A stretch of 64,000 bases of DNA, from contig OZ244034.1 of assembly GCA_965215185.1 (NCBI GenBank), positions 2,464,001 through 2,528,000 on the forward strand. The letters are read 5' to 3'. Below, in pieces: positions 23,317 through 31,990 of the stretch (positions within the stretch are counted from its first letter, which is position 1; each line of letters begins with the position of its first letter). A program made the translations under genes and the position numbers. This stretch comes from Acidimicrobiia bacterium (GTDB lineage: Bacteria > Actinomycetota > Acidimicrobiia > Spongiisociales > ZC4RG35). Under the pieces are notes generated by a model that had not been told where the DNA came from, made no database searches, and worked only from the letters and a program-made list of their open reading frames with translations.

Positions 23317-23375
23317 TAACCACCTCCGGCGATAGCTGGTAAGACCTCAAAATACCACTCCCGGCTAGCTTTTCC

Positions 23376-23954
23376 TCATCGGCTATCGTTTTCGTCCAAA
23401 AAATTGGACAAGAGTCGTTTTCCCTCCGAAGTGAGAATGCTTTCGGGGTGGAACTGCACACCCGTCACCGGCAGGGAACGGTGGCGCACCCCCTGGATGA
23501 CCCCCTCTTCGCTCCAAGCACAGGCTTCCAGGACGGGCGGCAACACGGTGATGGCCAACGAGTGATAACGGGTGGCCACAAAGGGGTTATCGCAACCGCG
23601 GAAGATCCCCTTGTGATCATGGCGTATCGGGGAAGTCTTACCGTGGCGAGGCTCGGGCGCAGCCCCAACCTTTCCGCCGTATGCCACCGCTACGGCCTGA
23701 TGCCCGAGGCAGACTCCCAAAGTGGGTATCCGGGGCCCGAAAGTCCTCACGTAGTCGATCGAATAGCCGGCGTTTTCCGGACGCCCCGGTCCGGGGGAGA
23801 TCACCAGTCGATCCACCCCCCAGCCCAATGCCTCTTTCGCCGGAGTCACGTCACTCCTCACCACCAGCGGCTCGGCGCCCAACTCCCCGCAGTATTGGGC
23901 CAGGTTGAAGGTGAACGAGTCGTAATTGTCCAATATCAAAACCCGCATCACCAC
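23376..23954 (-). CDS. Anthranilate/aminodeoxychorismate synthase component II (TrpG/PabA)
   Basis: DNYDSFT, SPGPG, GVCLGHQ, RYHSL, QFHPES. Confidence 0.93.
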   Translation of the reverse strand: MVMRVLILDNYDSFTFNLAQYCGELGAEPLVVRSDVTPAKEALGWGVDRLVISPGPGRPENAGYSIDYVRTFGPRIPTLGVCLGHQAVAVAYGGKVGAAPEPRHGKTSPIRHDHKGIFRGCDNPFVATRYHSLAITVLPPVLEACAWSEEGVIQGVRHRSLPVTGVQFHPESILTSEGKRLLSNFLDENDSR

Positions 23955-24078
23955 GCCAGATTACCAAGCCTTCAAATCTGCCCCTCTCCCAGATTGTCCC
24001 AGCCCACCCCAATTCCACAAATACCGCCCCCGACCGACATTGTCCCGATGATCGTCCGCTACTCTCTAGGATGGAATT

Positions 24079-24315
24079 ATGCCAGTCTCCAAGAAACGGA
24101 AGGGCTCCCGGCCCAGCCAGCCCACTCCTGCCCGCAATCCTGTCAAGTCCGCTACTCCGTCCCCCCGCTGGTATGTGATCACCATGGCCGGCCTGATGGG
24201 AGTGGGTTTGATTCTGGTTCTTCTGCGTTTTGTGCTGAGTCTCGATCAACTGTGGCTGGTGGGTGGGCTGTCCCTGATCGCCGTCGGCTTCCTGATGACC
24301 ACCGCCTACCGCTAG
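24079..24315 (+). CDS. crgA: Cell division protein CrgA
   Basis: MPVSKKRK...SPRWY, two TM helices, GFLMTT; next to trpG as in other actinobacteria. Confidence 0.8.
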   Translation: MPVSKKRKGSRPSQPTPARNPVKSATPSPRWYVITMAGLMGVGLILVLLRFVLSLDQLWLVGGLSLIAVGFLMTTAYR

Positions 24316-24572
24316 CTCGACCCTCCCGGTCGCCAAACCGGAACCATATCCTCCCGACAATGACGGGGAGCGGACGTCTCTGACAAGCTGGCCATTCTTA
24401 CGGTGAGTTCCGTCCCGCACAAGGTGCACCGGTAGTCTTGCACAGCCTCCACTACCAAATCGGGATCGGGCTGGTCCGGGGCGGCCGCCAGGGCGCGGAG
24501 AAACCAAATGCACAATCGCCACACCGCCACCCCGATCAACAGGGCGACGATCAGATTGAAAAGGCTGATCAA
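24312..24572 (-). CDS. Small membrane protein with a putative zinc ribbon
   Basis: N-terminal TM segment, YRCTLCG...HC. Confidence 0.65.
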   Translation of the reverse strand: MISLFNLIVALLIGVAVWRLCIWFLRALAAAPDQPDPDLVVEAVQDYRCTLCGTELTVRMASLSETSAPRHCREDMVPVWRPGGSS

Positions 24573-24596
24573 CGCTTAGGCGACCGCCGGCCGCTT

Positions 24597-25772
24597 TTAG
24601 AGTTTCTCGATGATGGTGGCGTTGGCCATCCCCCCACCCTCACACATGGCCTGCAATCCGTAGCGGGTACCGGTTCTCACCATCTCGTGTACCAGAGTGG
24701 TCAAAAGCCTTGCCCCCGAGGCGCCCAGCGGGTGCCCAAGGGCGATGGCGCCACCGTTGACATTGGAGCGCTCCCAAAGACCCTCCACGTCACTACCCCC
24801 GTATTCGGCTCGCCAAGCGGCCACCACCGAGGAAAATGCCTCGTTGATTTCGAACAGTCCGATGTCGTCAATGGTCAGACCGGCCCTCTCCAGAGCTTTA
24901 GCCGTAGCCGGAATCGGCCCGGTGAGCATCATCACCGGATCAACTCCCGCCAGGGCAAACGAGACGAACCGCGCCATGGGCGCCAGGTTGAGTTGCGAGG
25001 CCCGCTCTTCGCTCATGATCAGCACCGCGGCCGCGCCATCGGATATCTGAGAAGAGTTCCCGGCGGTGATCTTCCCATCCGCCTTGAAGGCGGGAGGAAG
25101 GCCAGCCAAGGCTTCCAGGCTGGTGGTCCGGCGAATGCCCTCATCGACGGTCATCACCTCTTGGGCGCCTCCCACCGTCACAGTCACCGGTTGGATCTGT
25201 GATTGGAAACGGCCTTCGTCGGTTGCCCGCATTGCCCTCTGGTGAGAGAGAAGCGAAACCTGATCGAGTTCCCCGCGGCTCAGTCCCCACTTGTCGGCGA
25301 TCATCTCTGCCGAAATCCCCTGCGGAACCAAACCGTTGGCATAGCGCTCCATCACTTTGGGGCCAAACGGAAGCCCGGGACCCAATTCAGCGGTGATCCC
25401 CATCGGAACCCGGGTCATCGACTCCACCCCGGCGGCGATCACCACGTCGTACGCCCCGGCCATAACACCCTGGGCGGCGAAGTGGGCAGCTTGCTGAGAT
25501 GATCCGCACTGGCGGTCGATCGTGACTCCCACCACCTCCTCGGGGAATCCCGCCGCCAACGCCGCGTTGCGCGCCACGTTCAGGCTCTGTTCGCCAGTTT
25601 GCATGACGCAGCCGCATATCACGTCCTCCACCAGACCCGGATCCACATCGTTGCGTTCCATGAGAGCAGCCAAAGGAATAGCCGCCAAGTCCACAGAGTG
25701 GATTCCGGACAGTTTCCCCTTGCGTCTACCTGCCGGAGTGCGCACCGCATCTACGATTACAGCCGACTTCAT
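24597..25772 (-). CDS. Acetyl-CoA C-acyltransferase (thiolase)
   Basis: DRQCGSSQ, EINEAF, GHPLGASG, MCEGGG. Confidence 0.95.
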   Translation of the reverse strand: MKSAVIVDAVRTPAGRRKGKLSGIHSVDLAAIPLAALMERNDVDPGLVEDVICGCVMQTGEQSLNVARNAALAAGFPEEVVGVTIDRQCGSSQQAAHFAAQGVMAGAYDVVIAAGVESMTRVPMGITAELGPGLPFGPKVMERYANGLVPQGISAEMIADKWGLSRGELDQVSLLSHQRAMRATDEGRFQSQIQPVTVTVGGAQEVMTVDEGIRRTTSLEALAGLPPAFKADGKITAGNSSQISDGAAAVLIMSEERASQLNLAPMARFVSFALAGVDPVMMLTGPIPATAKALERAGLTIDDIGLFEINEAFSSVVAAWRAEYGGSDVEGLWERSNVNGGAIALGHPLGASGARLLTTLVHEMVRTGTRYGLQAMCEGGGMANATIIEKL

Positions 25773-25949
25773 CTTCCTGCTCCTCTCGGGTGTGTTTTGT
25801 TCACTACATCGGGCGTGGAGACGACGTTCGCGCCGATTGGATTTCCATCGTGTTCATACGTCTCCCGGGCATGTGTTTGTCCAGGTCGTGGCCTATTTGT
25901 GGTTGTCTGGTCGTCTCAGGACGTTCAGCAGCCGCCACAACAAGCGCAC

Positions 25950-26125
25950 TACTTTGATTCGTTTATGGAGTATAAGCCACCCTGGTCGCTTTGGCGACGG
26001 CCGAGGAGGCCATGGTCGAGCCTGATAGTCCATCCCGGCCGCAATCGAGGGGCGGCTTTCCAAAGCCTGGGCGCAGAGGACCCGGATTAAGCCCCAAAGG
26101 AGACCGCACTATGCTCGATTTGCCC
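25950..26125 (+). pseudogene. Integrase Arm DNA-binding domain remnant
   Basis: PGRFGDGRGGHG...GRLSKAWAQR across frameshifts; homologous to 40921-41067 and to the 57795 integrase N-terminus (PGRFSDG). Confidence 0.7.
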
Positions 26126-26209
26126 CTCAGACCCCGTGGGGCATTCCAAGTGTTCGCCCACCAACGTCATTGGCCGAGGGTGGGCAAGGTAGAAAGGGAA
26201 AGGTTTCAC

Positions 26210-26564
26210 ATGAGACTTAGATGACGGTGGATGGCGACGGTGGCGCTTGTGTCGGTTGTGTCGGCAGCCTGCGGAACTGATTCGGATAGCCCAGCGACCA
26301 GCCAGGACAGTGCCGGTGAGGTGGCTTCTTCGGACGCGTCGACGGGAAAGGTCTCGGCGAACAACGCCAGCGAAGAAGATCTGCTGGCAGCGTTCGAGGA
26401 GGCGGGAATCCCGAACGCTGAGCAATTGGTCCCACGAGGTCGAGGAGTACCGCCCGTACCCCGTCGACGATCCCAGCTTCCAGAAGCTGCGGGCCGAGCT
26501 CCACAAGTACAACCCCGGGCCCGGCGTCGTAGATGCCGTAGTGGCGCTGTTGGAGCTGTCCTGA
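26210..26564 (+). pseudogene. Small lipoprotein, disrupted
   Basis: RBS and ATG 26210, in-frame TGA at 26222, lipobox SAAC, +1 frameshift near 26426 joining ...GIPNAEQ to WSHEVEEYRPYP...KYNP. Confidence 0.65.
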
Positions 26565-26744
26565 CACACAAACACATCTTCGAGGGAACCGCCGGGTCGC
26601 GGCGGGCGGGATCGCTGTTCCTGACGGCTCTTTTGGTGGTGAGTCCGGTGTGCCGGGTGCGCTGAGGAGGGATGGAGTCGAGCGGGTACCCTTCATCCCG
26701 GAAACCCAGCTTCCGGATCAGTTGGTCAGAGAGGAGATTCGCTC

Positions 26745-27662
26745 ATGCGCATTGTTGCAACTATTGGCTCGGAGGCTCTGGGCGTCGCCCGCGCTCCCAG
26801 CGATGTGTTGACAGATGCTGTGGCCGCTGAGAAAGCCGGGTTCGCGGCGGCTTGGTGCAACCATTTCAGCAGGAACATGGATTCCCTGGTCATGCTGGCG
26901 GCCGCCGCGCGAGCCACCTCCCGGATCGAATTGGGAGTTGGGGTGATACCAACCTATCCGCGGCATCCGGTAGCCATGGCGCAATCGGCGGCAACGGTAC
27001 AGGAGTTGGCCTCGGGCCGGTTGGTCTTGGGGGTGGGAGTGTCCCATCGCGTGGTCATTGAAGGTATGCACGGCCTGGACTACTCAAGCCAACTCGGACA
27101 TCTCCGGGAATACCTGACCGTGCTGGGCGCCCTGCTCGCGGAAGGCCAGTGTTCCTTCCAGGGGGAGCATTATCGGGTCCGGGCAGCCATCCAGGTTCCT
27201 GGCACCAGCCCTGTTCCGGTAATAGTGGGCGCGGTTGGTCCCGCCATGTGCCGGTTGGGGGGAGAGTTGGCCGACGGGGTGAACACCTGGATGGCCGGTC
27301 CCAAATACATCGAGGACGTGGTTGCTCCGATGGCTGCTGAGGGCGCCGGGGTCTCGGGCCGGTCCTCGCCACGAATAGTGGCCGGAATCCCCGTGTCTCT
27401 CGACTCTGATCGGGATCGGGCTCTGCAGGTCGCCGCCTCCACTTTCGCCATGTATGGCATGTTGCCCAACTATCGACGCATGCTGGATCGTGCGGGAGTG
27501 GACGGTCCCGCTGATGTAGTGATCGCCGGAGACGAGAAAACGGTGCGGTCGGGACTGCAAGCCTTTCTCGATGCGGGCGCCACTGATGTCTGGGCGGTTC
27601 CGTTCGATACGGGGAACGGCACGGCCCCAACTCTGGAGTTGCTGGCGGATTTGGCCGATTAG
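26745..27662 (+). CDS. LLM-class (probably F420-dependent) oxidoreductase
   Basis: ATSRIELGVGVIPTYPRHP, GRLVLGVGVSH, GELADG. Confidence 0.88.
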   Translation: MRIVATIGSEALGVARAPSDVLTDAVAAEKAGFAAAWCNHFSRNMDSLVMLAAAARATSRIELGVGVIPTYPRHPVAMAQSAATVQELASGRLVLGVGVSHRVVIEGMHGLDYSSQLGHLREYLTVLGALLAEGQCSFQGEHYRVRAAIQVPGTSPVPVIVGAVGPAMCRLGGELADGVNTWMAGPKYIEDVVAPMAAEGAGVSGRSSPRIVAGIPVSLDSDRDRALQVAASTFAMYGMLPNYRRMLDRAGVDGPADVVIAGDEKTVRSGLQAFLDAGATDVWAVPFDTGNGTAPTLELLADLAD

Positions 27663-27666
27663 AACC

Positions 27667-27915
27667 TCAGGGGGTCGGGAAAGAGACCGTCCCTAACAGG
27701 CCCGTTTGTTCCTGCCACTCGACCGGATTTAACTGCCGTTCCCTGACCAGCGGTTGTAGGGTTTCAAAGCGTAGGCTGGCGCGCAGGGCCTCCAACGCCA
27801 GCACCCGATTCGGGTCGATGTTGCCCAGACTCACGTTGGGTCCGAACCGTTGGATGAATGTGACCTGCTGGCTCTTGTCGGGCGCCTCCCACACCAACCG
27901 GTCCACAGCTTCCCC
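27667..27915 (-). pseudogene. comA: Phosphosulfolactate synthase (ComA/XcbB-like), C-terminal remnant
   Basis: WEAPDKSQQVTFIQRFGPNVSLGNI...LEALRASLRFET matches the ComA C-terminal pattern; about 80 aa left. Confidence 0.8.
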
Positions 27916-28298
27916 GGAAGGCGGAGTGGGTGGCTATGCCCCAAGCATGCGCCATGACCCTGGCGGCCACCGGTTTCGCCACAGTCTTGCTGGAAGGACT
28001 GGTGGTTGACCGTGAGCGAATGAGAGAGAACATCGACGCTCGCCGAGGTTTCGTCTTTGCCGAGCCGGTGATGCGGGCGCTGGCCGACCAGATCGGAAAA
28101 CACACGGCGCATGACGTCGTCTACGAGGCTTCGATGAAGGGAGTGGAGTCGGGCATGGGATTCGTTGATGCGCTCCTGGCCGACGAACGGGTGACCCGGC
28201 ACCTGGATCGCGATGAGATAGAGAGCCTGTTTGACCTGGAGAAGGTGCTGGGAGCGGCGCCGGATCTGGTGGACCGAGTGCTGGAGGCCGGTGCTTGA
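27916..28298 (+). pseudogene. Adenylosuccinate lyase-like (XcbD-like), C-terminal remnant
   Basis: KAEWVAMP, LEGLVVDRERMRENI, GKHTAHDVVYE; N-terminal part missing. Confidence 0.8.
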
Positions 28299-29239
28299 CC
28301 GCCCGGGTGTCCGTCGCCACCCTTCCCACCCCACTGGTGGCGGCGCCCCGGCTCTCTGAGGCCCTGGGACTGGAGGTCTGGCTCAAGCGGGATGATCTGA
28401 CCGGCTTGGGCTTAGGGGGCAACAAAGCTCGACCCCTCGATTACCTGCTGGGGGACGCCCTGGCCGAAGGCGCTGACTATTTCGTGACGGGCGGCGGGCC
28501 GGGCTCCAACTGGGTGCTCATGGCGGCTTTAGCCGCTCTGGGCAGGGGTCTGGGGGTGGAGGTGGTGCTGTTCGGCACTGATGATGCTCCCGCCGTCGGT
28601 TGCCTGCGTCTCCTGAAGCAGCTGCCGGGCGTGGGAATCACATTCACGGGTTCTCCGGAGCGGTCCTCGGTCGACACTCTGCTGGAGTCGGTTTCTTCCC
28701 GACTGCGAGAGCGCGGGCGCCGACCCTATGTGGTTGGCCGGGGAGGGGCCGAACCTGTCGGCGCCTTGGGATACGTAGATGCCGTCGACGAGATGGGCCC
28801 ACAACTGGCGGACAAGGGGATAGCTGCGGGTACCGTCTGGTTGGCCACGGGGTCATGCGGGACCCAGGCTGGCTTGGTTGCCGGGTACCGCAGGCCGGGA
28901 CGGAGCGGAACCCGAATTGTCGGGGTTTCCGTTCACCGGCCGCTGGAGGAGTGCCGTCAGCGGATAACCGCTATCTCTGACGCCGCCCTCGATCTCTTGG
29001 AGGTGGAGATCAGACCGGAGGTGGAGTGGGAGGTTTTGGATGGGCTCAGCCCCGATCCGGTGAGAGTCAGAGAAGCTGCCCGGCTGATGATGACAACCGA
29101 GGGGATCTTCCTGGATCCCGAGTTCGGCGCTCCCGCTTTTGCCGCTCTGGCGAACGGGGCCGACCAGGTTACTGAACCGGTGGTGTTTCTGGTCACCGGA
29201 GGGGCGCCAGGGCTGTTCGCCGGGAGCCCTCTAACATGA
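28295..29239 (+). CDS. PLP-dependent D-cysteine desulfhydrase/ACC deaminase family (XcbE-like)
   Basis: LPTPL, KRDDLTGLGLGGNKAR, GALGY, GSCGTQAG, TEGIFLDP. Confidence 0.88.
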   Translation: MTARVSVATLPTPLVAAPRLSEALGLEVWLKRDDLTGLGLGGNKARPLDYLLGDALAEGADYFVTGGGPGSNWVLMAALAALGRGLGVEVVLFGTDDAPAVGCLRLLKQLPGVGITFTGSPERSSVDTLLESVSSRLRERGRRPYVVGRGGAEPVGALGYVDAVDEMGPQLADKGIAAGTVWLATGSCGTQAGLVAGYRRPGRSGTRIVGVSVHRPLEECRQRITAISDAALDLLEVEIRPEVEWEVLDGLSPDPVRVREAARLMMTTEGIFLDPEFGAPAFAALANGADQVTEPVVFLVTGGAPGLFAGSPLT

Positions 29240-30741
29240 CGAACCCGCCCGAAGGCTATCTGGGATCCGAAGGGCGCCTGGCAGCCGGCCCATCGCCCCG
29301 GTTGGTAGAGGCAGGGTATGCCCTGGAGTTGGCCGACGCTTCGTTCTTGCACAGCGGACTCTGTCTGGCCGACTTGGCCCACATTCTGGAACTGGATGAG
29401 ATCGGAGTGCTCCCCGAAGGCGCCGCCGCCGCTCTATGCCGGGAGTTGCTCGATTTCATGTCGACCCCGGTAGAAGAATTTCCCTACGACCCCGTCTACG
29501 GGGATGCCTACAACAGCCGCGAGCGGGAACTCGAGAAGCGCTTGGGGAGAATCGCCGGGTGGTTGCCCACCGGTCGCACCCGCAGAGAGGCGGGCCGGAT
29601 CGCATTGAGGCTGGCATTGCGGGAGAGGCTGCTGCAACTGCACGAGGCGGTGGCCGGGCTGGCTTCGACCCTGGCGAGCCGGGGAGCAGAGTTGGCGGAA
29701 GCCGCTTGGAACGACACCACGTACCTTCAGCCCGCCCAGCCTTCCAGCTTCGGCTATTACCTGGCCGGGTTCGCAGAGCAGGCCACCCGTGATCTGGAAC
29801 GCATCCGGTTGTGCCACCGGTGGGTGAATCGGTCGCCGGCCGGCTCCGGCGGGGTGGGGGGAACGACCATTCCTCTTGACCGGGAACGCTTGGCAACCCA
29901 ACTGGGGTTCGACGAACCCACCGCCCACATTCGGGACGGCATGTGGTCGGCGGACTCTCTGGTGGATGCCGCGGTGGCCTCGACACAGGCGGTGCTCACC
30001 ATTGATCGGCTGGCCGAAGACCTGGAGATCTTCACCAGCCCCCAGTTCGGCTACGTGCGGCTCGCCGGCGCAACATCACGGGCTTCGGTGCTGTTGCCGC
30101 AGAAGCGCAACCCCTACTCGTTGTCGGTTATTCGGGGAGGCGCCGGGACCCTTATCGGTAGGGCGGCGGGTCTGATGGCCACCCAGAGAACTCCGTCGGC
30201 TCGGACCGATAACTGGCTGTACGCCTATGGGGAGGTGATCGCAGCAGTGGAGATGGCCACAAGGCTGGTCAGGCTAGGAGAAGAGGTTGTGGGCGCCATG
30301 GAAGTTGACGTGGCGACCTTGGAGGGCTCAGCCGGGGCCCATTTCTCGCTGGCGACCGATCTGGCCGAGCGGATGGTGCTCCACCAGGGCCTGGACTACC
30401 GGAGTGCTTATCGCGTCGTGGGCCGGGCGGTGGCGGAAGCTGAGGCAGAAGGGCGACGTTGGCCTGCCGCGGGTGACCTTGCCCGGGCGGCACAGGAACT
30501 GGGCATCGACGCTGAAATGGGGGATCTGGATGGAGGGGCGGACGCGGAAGGGAGCCCCTCGGAGTTGTTGAACCTGAGGAAGGGAACCGGTTCCTGTTCA
30601 CCCGCCCGGGTGTTGGACCATTGCCGGTCCGTACAGAATGCGGTTGCCCGCGCCCGGCAGTGGTCGACCGGCGCTACCGAAAGGGCCCAGGCTGCGGTCT
30701 GCGGGCTCCTGAAGGCCGCGTCTACAATCGCTGAGCATTAG
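29236..30741 (+). CDS. Argininosuccinate lyase-like aspartase/fumarase superfamily protein (XcbC-like)
   Basis: TYLQPAQP, RLAEDL, variant signature ASVLLPQKRNP, ATDLAE, YRSAYRVVG. Confidence 0.85.
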   Translation: MTNPPEGYLGSEGRLAAGPSPRLVEAGYALELADASFLHSGLCLADLAHILELDEIGVLPEGAAAALCRELLDFMSTPVEEFPYDPVYGDAYNSRERELEKRLGRIAGWLPTGRTRREAGRIALRLALRERLLQLHEAVAGLASTLASRGAELAEAAWNDTTYLQPAQPSSFGYYLAGFAEQATRDLERIRLCHRWVNRSPAGSGGVGGTTIPLDRERLATQLGFDEPTAHIRDGMWSADSLVDAAVASTQAVLTIDRLAEDLEIFTSPQFGYVRLAGATSRASVLLPQKRNPYSLSVIRGGAGTLIGRAAGLMATQRTPSARTDNWLYAYGEVIAAVEMATRLVRLGEEVVGAMEVDVATLEGSAGAHFSLATDLAERMVLHQGLDYRSAYRVVGRAVAEAEAEGRRWPAAGDLARAAQELGIDAEMGDLDGGADAEGSPSELLNLRKGTGSCSPARVLDHCRSVQNAVARARQWSTGATERAQAAVCGLLKAASTIAEH

Positions 30742-30743
30742 AC

Positions 30744-30932
30744 ATGCCAGTGCTGCAGATCAGATGTCCCGATTGTGATCACCAGTATCGCTCCCTGGTG
30801 CCGCCGGGGGCCAGAACACCGAAGGTATGGGTCTGCTCCAAGTGCGGGGGGCGTGACGGCCAGCCTGTGGGCGAGATCACCGATTCCGATCACCCTTGGT
30901 CGGATCAGACCATGGATGCCTGCTGCGGCTAG
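30744..30932 (+). CDS. FmdB-like zinc-ribbon protein
   Basis: MP...CPDC...CSKCG; starts 2 bp after the lyase stop. Confidence 0.7.
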   Translation: MPVLQIRCPDCDHQYRSLVPPGARTPKVWVCSKCGGRDGQPVGEITDSDHPWSDQTMDACCG

Positions 30933-31208
30933 TCACCTCCGCAACAGTTGATAGACCCGTGCCTCTGCCGGACACCGGCGGCCAACGCAGGTGAAGTGCC
31001 CGATCTGCCCGGCTCGCTGTACGTAAGGTCTTCACGCTCGCCACTCTTGATCGACTCGTTCAGGCCACCCGCCCTCCGCGACTTCACTTCCTCCTGACCG
31101 TCCTCAAGCCCATGTGCTCACTCGTAAGGTGCCTGTGGGAGGTGGGGCATCCCGTGTGTCGCAATGTCGCCGCCGGAGTATCACCACCAGGAAAACCCGA
31201 GCGGTTCA

Positions 31209-31233
31209 GACAGATATTATCCAAATATCTGTC
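31209..31233. repeat. Perfect 10-5-10 inverted repeat
   Basis: GACAGATATT-ATCCA-AATATCTGTC. Confidence 0.8.
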
Positions 31234-31449
31234 ATTGGCGGTTGCCGAAGGGCTTTTCTACCTTGGGGCGGGATAAGTAGAACTCAACTGTTTCGGTTAT
31301 GACGGAGGTATTCCTAGGTACCTTCTGTGATTCGGGAGCCCAGGTTGTCGTGGTGGAACCCTGCGACTGTGATCATGTTTTGAGCGGTGTCGCGGGGGTC
31401 TAGGTAGTAGATGAGCATGTTGCGCGGCAGAGTTCCTTTGTCAGACGTT

Positions 31450-31650
31450 GGAGTCGGATAACGCGGATTTCCGCTGTTATGAAGTGGTGTATAGCGCAGG
31501 GGTTCCGAGAGGACAATCCTGCTGACGGCCGTATCACCGCCGCGTTGGGTTCTAACACCCAACCACCCCATCATATGAAGGCCCTGCACTACAATCTGGT
31601 CGGTGCTGCTGTTCGGGCGGTAGAAGCAACCGATGCTCATTGGGCAACGA
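31450..31650 (+). pseudogene. Tyrosine integrase central-domain remnant
   Basis: RISAVMKWCIAQGFREDNPA...HMKALHY, comparable to RISKIMKYAIALG...HRRYIHY of the 57795 integrase. Confidence 0.7.
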
Positions 31651-31651
31651 A

Positions 31652-31810
31652 TCGGAGTGTTGCCCCACGCTCGCCAGGTAGCAAACCCATTTCACGTGAG
31701 CAGATTGGCGAACCAGCGGCTCGATCAGGTCCGCCGCCGTGTCCAAAACGAAACATTGGGACACCGTGGACGAAAAACGATCCTTTGTATCGGAACCCCC
31801 GGCTACTGAT
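31652..31810 (+). mobile_element. ISL3 transposase internal fragment (diverged third copy)
   Basis: [40 protein letters not shown] matches the 53915 transposase. Confidence 0.8.
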
Positions 31811-31990
31811 TATCCGCCACCGTGGGTCTGTGATGCGGTCTGGGTTTGTTCGAGGTCCGGTCTCCGTGGGCACCGCTGTGCCGAGGGTTAGCTTTTGCGT
31901 TTCTCCTGAGAATCGAGTTGGCGATCCGGGGTCGCCTGGAAGCGTTTCGGACAATACTGAGGATTCTTGATTGTTGATGAGGTAAAGAGT

